The translations under genes and the position numbers were made by a program. 64,000 nt of DNA from Mayamaea pseudoterrestris (taxonomy: Eukaryota). The stretch's first letter is position 1. Every line of letters begins with the position of its first letter. Location: NCBI GenBank assembly GCA_027923505.1, contig BROI01000022.1, positions 124,001 through 188,000 of the forward strand, given 5' to 3'. Below the pieces are notes generated by a model. The model made no database searches, was not told the DNA's origin, and saw only the letters and a program-made list of their open reading frames with translations. Positions 58,301-64,000 of the stretch are shown here, piece after piece.

Positions 58301-59497
58301 CAACGAGTGGAAAGTGGCGAAACGATTGTCGCAACCTTCTTGCTTGACAAGTCGGGCTTCGGGAATGATTTGATTATGATCAACGCTGCTGTCGCAGAAA
58401 AGGACTTGCATTATCATGGAGAAGAGGACGACGAGGAATTAAAAGCATCAAAATGGCGTCACTTGAAGTCGCGATTAGAAATGATGCTGAACAAGGAGAG
58501 TAGTCAAGGCCAACAGCATCAAGTATCGTTCGCGAATATTATCCACGATATCAAGACGATGGGCGATCGTAAGGTCATTGTAGCCGACTTCAACGGTAAC
58601 ACTTTCTACTGCGAAGTAGTAGTCGTTGAGAAGATAGCTGTCATGAACGAGGATGATGATGGTGATGATGTCCAGCACTTTGTCGAAGAGGAAGAATTTC
58701 TCGCTCGATATCCATGCGCTCCAGCTTTATTCGGCCCGACAAGCTTTGCCGAGCTCATTCGGACGGATGGCATCTGTATCGAAAAAACTGCGATAGCGCC
58801 GGCGGAAAATGACGAGACAGGCTGTAAACGTGCCGATGATACAACCACGGATGGCCGCGTTGACTTTATTGAGTCTTCTGGGCAAGACGAATCGTGCGAA
58901 CACGATGCTCCGACACTGGCATGTGCGCAGGCAAATGCAATTCGAATCGTTCGTCGCGGTGACTGCAGCTTTTACTCTAAAGCTATCAACCAGCGACTGC
59001 GATGGGATGCGGATGGATTAATTGTCATTAACGACTATGACAGCGATTTGTTTGTCATGTCGCACTCTACGGAAGGTGAGATAGTCCTCTCTCCAGAAGA
59101 AATTCCCTGCTCAATCTTGCTGAGCGTCGATGATGGCGAGGACTTGTTGTCAAAGCTAATTGTGGACAGCAACGACGAGAATGTCCATATTGTTGTTCGT
59201 ATATCCGTCTCGCGTCAACCGGCTATTGTCAATACTGACGAAATTGCCGATGAACCGTACTGGCCTGTAGTCGAGGCACACGCTAACATGTTGCAGATTT
59301 ACGCCGAAGGTGGCTGGGGCATCCAGGCTCACCGAAACATGTTTGCTGGTGGCGCAGTCAACAAGGGTGAATGGAAGTTGCAACTCGTGCAACATGCTTT
59401 ATCTCATAGTCGTACGGAGAGTGACGAAGTTGCGCATGACGACGAGATGGTTGACATTGACAATGAGTCCGAAACGACGACGGATGGATTTGTGTAG
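55361..59497 (+). CDS. EDEM-like GH47 alpha-1,2-mannosidase with a C-terminal PA domain (EDEM3/MNS5-like)
   Basis: GH47 motifs MFTHAYDSYMYNAYPAPELKPLSC, VSVFETNIRVVGGL, GIPYGTVNL, DSFYEYL, HPLRPELLES, MPSFFLSETLKYLYL and FTTEAHP. PA-domain motifs PALFGP and IVRRGDCSFYSKA. N-terminal hydrophobic anchor. Confidence 0.92.
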   Translation: MTINESRRRIRRRRLPVARIGFHLLVTASSLLLCLTSSSRRCMVRGSSSSEEDAVDNEPSERLQRFVDFATAENARSKPNLRRQLLHYSLFHHLYNRLSEEQSVNESIHTNSTSSIEGLAEQYFLSYAQAARHRSHSPGKPDRTHSLHASLPPFPNSLRQDALHRIRSMFTHAYDSYMYNAYPAPELKPLSCAPGHFKLVELQGLTLIDTLDMLVIMNNFTEFARATERIKQLHANKSIFHVDQNVSVFETNIRVVGGLVSAHQLAQAYLNDKVAYDTVFGVDGNVLWDYHESSNELDTRDVDAAASSSFTCSSSHNIVGTASATCQSTLRSELTYLHSTTNATHDTCSARYWKYDGLFLDMAIDIGERLLPAFDTKTGIPYGTVNLLYGVPQGETTIASLAGGGTLTLEMELLSRYSGNDRFGKAAKRATRALFMRRHPSTQLYGKHIDIQSGHWTETLSGIGSNSDSFYEYLAKHYMLFPEDADFWTMLQSAYTGIYNHSRTGEWYPDVDMTTGTGHGGGHAHVRQVLESLMAFYPGLQVLLGEVTPAARTLNSMFIVREMLGFLPERFHFGLWKPDVGRGAAKHPLRPELLESCYFMHRATKDLTPPLRRRTARGDARQSTSSDGHSGWQWAADFALRKLDRMTRVYCGFASVHSISPETTGQIGAPLNEEYLYDEMPSFFLSETLKYLYLTFDDGNLLHTDDDRDWIFTTEAHPVHSMPKVELSKDVPKYMDQQVESLTRLLKDRLHRRRQQRKVGSYQGDFWSEQTTLQAYAKDLSVVERNAAMQRINIANESDFFFDKRHLVSSFVPVELTFGEHIDADFKQEQNLAHLALKNLGVGPGTLLRKACPNVHSSELLWMHALNGGATDYSETYMSVNSDDIRDHPNNFVSLSAMEALGVLGSGQMYANKMHGSLEACPIKRKQQSGEADSFSKNETDEAGANIADRTTPASTLQRITSSLGEFDVEAYPGGEGFSIQRVESGETIVATFLLDKSGFGNDLIMINAAVAEKDLHYHGEEDDEELKASKWRHLKSRLEMMLNKESSQGQQHQVSFANIIHDIKTMGDRKVIVADFNGNTFYCEVVVVEKIAVMNEDDDGDDVQHFVEEEEFLARYPCAPALFGPTSFAELIRTDGICIEKTAIAPAENDETGCKRADDTTTDGRVDFIESSGQDESCEHDAPTLACAQANAIRIVRRGDCSFYSKAINQRLRWDADGLIVINDYDSDLFVMSHSTEGEIVLSPEEIPCSILLSVDDGEDLLSKLIVDSNDENVHIVVRISVSRQPAIVNTDEIADEPYWPVVEAHANMLQIYAEGGWGIQAHRNMFAGGAVNKGEWKLQLVQHALSHSRTESDEVAHDDEMVDIDNESETTTDGFV

Positions 59498-60007
59498 TCG
59501 ACAGATAGCTTAAATAACTTGAGCTAAGGCGGTCTACGTGACCCAATGTATTTCTCTTGACTAGCACTCGCAATGTCTCAAACTGCATTGAACAAAGCCA
59601 ACAAATTCATGCTCCATTTGCCAGTATGATAGCAGGGGTATTTGGGCTCGAAATGGCAGCAGTGCCTTCCTCGTCGAGGAGCCAATAATCACATCGATGC
59701 GCCAGTTTCACTAAATCTCCATAGGACTAACGCTGATCCGCCAAGAAAGGAGGCTCGGGCATGAAAGTGACCGCCAGACCGTTTACTAACTGAACGAGAA
59801 AATTGCAAAGATCCAAGGCCGATAGTTATACTCCAGTACAGCGTTTTGCCATTATAGTGAAAAGTGTGTCGTAATTACTTATGCCTTTCGGCAAACGCCA
59901 ATGAAAACGAAGCCTTTTCCACCTCTCTTCGCCATGAACCATTTTTTTGTTTTGACAGAGTTCACAACTACTTTCAAGCTGCCGACGATACGCTCGCATA
60001 CTGCGCC

Positions 60008-62047
60008 ATGATCATTGAAATATTGGAAAGTAGTGAGGAAGATACTTTGGACGTTGGAGCAGCCGTCGGAACGATTCTCGACCGCATCGTTGAGCACTAT
60101 CGGCAACCGATCCACCAGCAGCTGCAATCGCAGCAGCCGCAGCAAGAATTACGCGACAACGACAACGATGAGATACCTCCCATTCTGGCGTTCCATGCTA
60201 GTGAATTGCAGCGATTACAAGAAGACTTTGAAGTCGACAATATACTGATTCTACAATGTCTCCTGTGCAACTACAAGGAACGAATCCGATCCTTCTCGCT
60301 TGATGCAACTGCTTCAGCCGTTTTAATTCACTACGAATGGCTCGTTTCGTACATTTACCTTCAAGATGCTGATATGGAAATCAAAGCAGCTTCAAACAGT
60401 GATACTCGATTGGACGCTGAGGCGCTGGACGAAGCCTTGGTCGCGCTCGCTCAGGACATTACACTTGCGACTGCCAACGAAAAGCATCTGACATCACTCA
60501 TCTCACTACTGCGACTCTTGCAAATGACTTTGGATCTGGCGTCTCACGATACTCGAATCGTCTTGGAACAGTCAACGCTCTGCTTAGTGGCATCTACATG
60601 CTTGTCGTTTAACATGTTCGACGATGAAGAACTGTACGCTGCGGCCAATGAACGACTCTACAATCTGCATCCCTACACAAGCATCACCATGGCTCCCTTT
60701 GCATTCAATGACAAACACAATATAAGTTTGGAGCCGCTGCCGCCGTTACAACTTGGTCCGTTTGCTTGGAACACAATGGAGGCAAACGATATTGTCGACA
60801 AGATTTGGTGGTCAAAATACTGGGACAAGCATATCAGCCATCGACATGCCGCAACAGCCGATGAAAGTTTACGTCTTGTCGAGCGAAAGCATACCATTCT
60901 CCAGTACTTGACAGTTGACGCAATGTCCAAGGCGACGCGGTCGCACTTTTTTGGTCACGACATGCTGGCGCCGGTGGCGAATTCACAAACGCAACTCTTC
61001 CTTGGCAAGGTTGGTCTCATGCGTCCCAACGACGACTCGAATAATAAGCCATACCTAGTTGTTCCATCTCGTGTTCCATCGGCACTGCAATATCTTTCGC
61101 TGCTCCAGTTGGACGCGAAACTGACCGAGTCCATTTGGGACAATTTCGCGCCGATTCTCTACGAGTTACTGGCAGCGTTGGACGAAAAAGTCAATGGACT
61201 TGCCGCATTGGCAGTCTTTCGACTGCTGCAGCATGTCGACAAGCACTTGATTTTACAAACGTCTCCCATTTCCAACAATTTACTGCTGGCGCTTGATCGC
61301 GTCGTACAAACTTGTCGGAATGGGTCCGTCCTTGTGCTTGTCGGACTTGCGCAGACGGAACTGCTTCGACTGGAGCCTACAAATGTTGACGGACGGCAAC
61401 GAATGGAGCAACGACTACATTTTGCCAAGTCGTGGCTGTTGGTATTGGAGACTTATCGACATCGGAGCAACGAAAAGGATTTGATAGTGAGCATTTTGCT
61501 GACACTGATTCCGCTCCTGCACATGCTTGGCAATGGCAGTCACACCAGTCAGCGATTCGAAGAAGCCATTGACCTTGGTCGACCCTTGCTTCGTGCTTTG
61601 TTACCATTGCTGGAGTTGGACTTTGGCGACGCTTGGATGGTACAAGCCGATGATAATGTCGAGGCGAGTAGCAGGGATTATCGCATTCAAATGGCCGCGC
61701 TCGTGGCCTTGCTCAATAGCATGATCATTACCTATCCCATTGTATGTCGACACGCTGGCAAGGTCTTGAGCAGTTGCTTGGCACTAGCCTGCCGCGTCAA
61801 AGTGCTAGCGAGTAAGGCAAACGACTTGCACGATAAGCATTTTTCACTGCATTCGTTTTTGGAGCTGGCGGTTCACGTTGCGGCAGTGGCGCTAGTACTG
61901 ACGGCAGAAAAAGGACAGCAAATCTTTGCTGAGATTGAGAGTAGTAGTAGCAAGTACGACGCTGTTGTTTTGGAGATGGTCGGGTGCATTCAGCGTGAAG
62001 CCATTCGCCAAGCGAACTTCGGTGGTTCCGTCACCGACAGTGAGTGA
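60008..62047 (+). CDS. Leu-rich helical-repeat protein, possibly TTI2-like
   Basis: A long ORF with ARM/HEAT-like composition. WDNFAPILYELLAALDEKVNGLA and AALVALLNSMIITYPIVCRHAGKVL loosely recall Tti2. The family call is tentative. Confidence 0.5.
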   Translation: MIIEILESSEEDTLDVGAAVGTILDRIVEHYRQPIHQQLQSQQPQQELRDNDNDEIPPILAFHASELQRLQEDFEVDNILILQCLLCNYKERIRSFSLDATASAVLIHYEWLVSYIYLQDADMEIKAASNSDTRLDAEALDEALVALAQDITLATANEKHLTSLISLLRLLQMTLDLASHDTRIVLEQSTLCLVASTCLSFNMFDDEELYAAANERLYNLHPYTSITMAPFAFNDKHNISLEPLPPLQLGPFAWNTMEANDIVDKIWWSKYWDKHISHRHAATADESLRLVERKHTILQYLTVDAMSKATRSHFFGHDMLAPVANSQTQLFLGKVGLMRPNDDSNNKPYLVVPSRVPSALQYLSLLQLDAKLTESIWDNFAPILYELLAALDEKVNGLAALAVFRLLQHVDKHLILQTSPISNNLLLALDRVVQTCRNGSVLVLVGLAQTELLRLEPTNVDGRQRMEQRLHFAKSWLLVLETYRHRSNEKDLIVSILLTLIPLLHMLGNGSHTSQRFEEAIDLGRPLLRALLPLLELDFGDAWMVQADDNVEASSRDYRIQMAALVALLNSMIITYPIVCRHAGKVLSSCLALACRVKVLASKANDLHDKHFSLHSFLELAVHVAAVALVLTAEKGQQIFAEIESSSSKYDAVVLEMVGCIQREAIRQANFGGSVTDSE

Positions 62048-62570
62048 GACAGAGCAGCGAGCCAATTGCAAGGACACGCCGAAACGTTACGTCGCAACAT
62101 TCGATGAACAACTGATGCGTCAGGAGGCCCACTTGACGATGTTTTGAACGGCTGCATGGTTGCCTTGCCAAGCTCAAATTGCTCGACACAACAATCCGTA
62201 CTACATGTTTGCAGATGCAGGCATTCTGAAATTTCGAACAATCTATTACATCACAAATTGATTAACAATCGGAATCTAATAATAAATTTTCGCGTATGGC
62301 CATGTTCAAGTAAAAAACGAGACGGCGACAAGTCGTAGAACAGGGGTTGTACGCAGGTCGTTGTCAATCGACTCGTGCTCATTATTCCAACCCACTTATA
62401 CGCAAAACTGCCTCATAAACCATCAAATTGATGTAAAATCAACATTGCACATGGTCGTCAAAGTCGGTAAGGCCGTCCAGGCATCGCCTCTGGCTCGCTA
62501 AACTGCCAGTGCTTTGGCACAATGCACTTTTATTGTAGCTAGCATGGTCGCCGGAATATTCTTTCGAGCA

Positions 62571-63275
62571 TCAAACAGGTAATTCAGCGGAAGAATTGAC
62601 AGCTGCAACCGGTACTTCCTTTACGCCACCATTGCTGCTGTCGCTACCCTTCTCGACATCGCCTGCTGCAGCAGCTGTTGCATCCTCGTTACCATCGTCA
62701 TCGCCCTCATCATCGTCAGAGTCGTCCATTGCAAAACCTTCCTTGTCATCCACGTCACTCATGGCGACCGTGTCGTCGCAAGGGTTATTCGCAAAGGTTG
62801 CAGCATCAATGTTTGTTTGCTCGTCATCGTCGTCTTCACAGCGACTGCAATGGTTCCAGTAGCTAACATGTATCATGGCAACCAGCAAAAGCGCCAGGAC
62901 GACACCGACAAAATATAGAAACATGGTCCATACATCGAAATTCGGATACTCTAGCTCATAATCATCGTCATCGTGTAAGATACTCGAGCCCCAAACCCGT
63001 TGCTGAAGGATCAAAATGAGCCAAGCCATCAAGCCGGAAAAGAAGAGTCTCATCGTCAGCGTCTTTTGGTGCATGAAGCGCATGGTGAATCGTCTTCCGT
63101 CGTCATTACGTAATTGACGATTCCAATGAGTGGAGAGCATCAGAGTCATGCTTCCAAAGACTACCATTGTCACACCCATGGCAGCGAACAGATGCAAAAC
63201 ATGGTGGTGCTCGTGCGCGTCGGATGGAATAAAGTTGACGCTGCTATGGCTCCTCATTGTTGCGGGCGACGACAT
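62571..63275 (-). CDS. Hypothetical membrane protein, about three TM segments and an acidic C-terminal tail
   Basis: Three hydrophobic stretches. Start uncertain (63371 or 63275). Confidence 0.65.
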   Translation of the reverse strand: MSSPATMRSHSSVNFIPSDAHEHHHVLHLFAAMGVTMVVFGSMTLMLSTHWNRQLRNDDGRRFTMRFMHQKTLTMRLFFSGLMAWLILILQQRVWGSSILHDDDDYELEYPNFDVWTMFLYFVGVVLALLLVAMIHVSYWNHCSRCEDDDDEQTNIDAATFANNPCDDTVAMSDVDDKEGFAMDDSDDDEGDDDGNEDATAAAAGDVEKGSDSSNGGVKEVPVAAVNSSAELPV

Positions 63276-64000
63276 GTTTGATGGTATTATAGAGTGAGTA
63301 GGTAGCGACGTAATTCTGTTTCGAAAAGTAGCAAAATGCGGCCGTCGCGTGTATGCTTGATGGAAGGCCATGGTTGGACGCGGCTCGAGGTATTTTGGGA
63401 ACTTGAAGGGTGACGGAGAGGGTCACAGCTTTTGCATCTTGAAAACCATGTCGTAGCAGTCGTGCCAATCCAGAACCACGTAAGTTATCCATTCAGCCAA
63501 TCAGAAGCTGTTGAAGCACTTTCGGAGTTTCATACTTAACGGACATGAGTATCCGCGCCTTTCAAGCCATCTGCCACTATTGCCCTGGGTGCCGGGATAC
63601 AAATTGGGCCAATCAAAACGATGCGCAGACATTTCGACAGGAGAGCTCGATCAAGAGGTCTCGACTCGTGTTTTGCGACTCCGCCATCCCAAGCAACCGT
63701 CACAATTCACGGCGACCTCTTCATTGATTGAGCAAACACAAAGTTTGAATCGTCTTTCGCTCCAAGTCAAAGTGTAAGTGTGGATCGTTTCTCGACTCTG
63801 GCTTGACAAGAGAGGATCAGTCTTTGTTTCAGGTTTTGTTGCATTGCTGGAGCTGCGCGGAATCGACGGATCGACTCGAAGATCCATCACAGTCAACCAT
63901 TGGTTCGCTCACCTTGTCTCCTCCAATCCATTGATTCTACAGCTAACTGCATCATGTCGGATCTTGACAAGGACACTGCTCGCAGCGGGTCGGACGACTC

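Noticed and set aside
63244..63896. Short ORFs near the right window edge and the many antisense or nested ORFs across the window
   Set aside because: They have no recognisable motifs, and most overlap better-supported genes in another frame or strand.

Overview
Eukaryotic nuclear DNA, most likely from a diatom. It is gene-dense with short GT-AG introns and encodes a silicanin-like protein and a silaffin-like KXXK/RXL protein. Left arm (1-21 kb): 3' part of PGK, a SpoU/TrmH methyltransferase, a protein with two dsRBDs and a GNAT-like tail, a secreted silaffin-like polypeptide, a TrmB-like methyltransferase with a (CAG)25/poly-Ala tract, a WW-cyclin, an RXL/mucin-like type I membrane protein, a silicanin-like protein and a large His/Cys-rich P1B-2 Zn/Cd ATPase. 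Centre: a ~1.85 kb diverged duplication (5' part of the ATPase gene, its promoter and tRNA-Val(TAC)). Each copy is followed by a 168-bp satellite, ~4 monomers after the first and an array of ~128 monomers (~21.5 kb, 24767-46320) after the second. The array shows a CpG-deamination signature, positional subfamilies and evidence of block duplication. Its very long ORFs are judged non-coding. Right arm (46.6-64 kb): WDR61/Ski8-like WD40 protein, HPC2/ubinuclein-like protein, TPR protein, NBR1/p62-like receptor, EDEM-like GH47 mannosidase, a possible TTI2-like protein and a small membrane protein. All product calls come from motif recognition by eye; no database searches were run.
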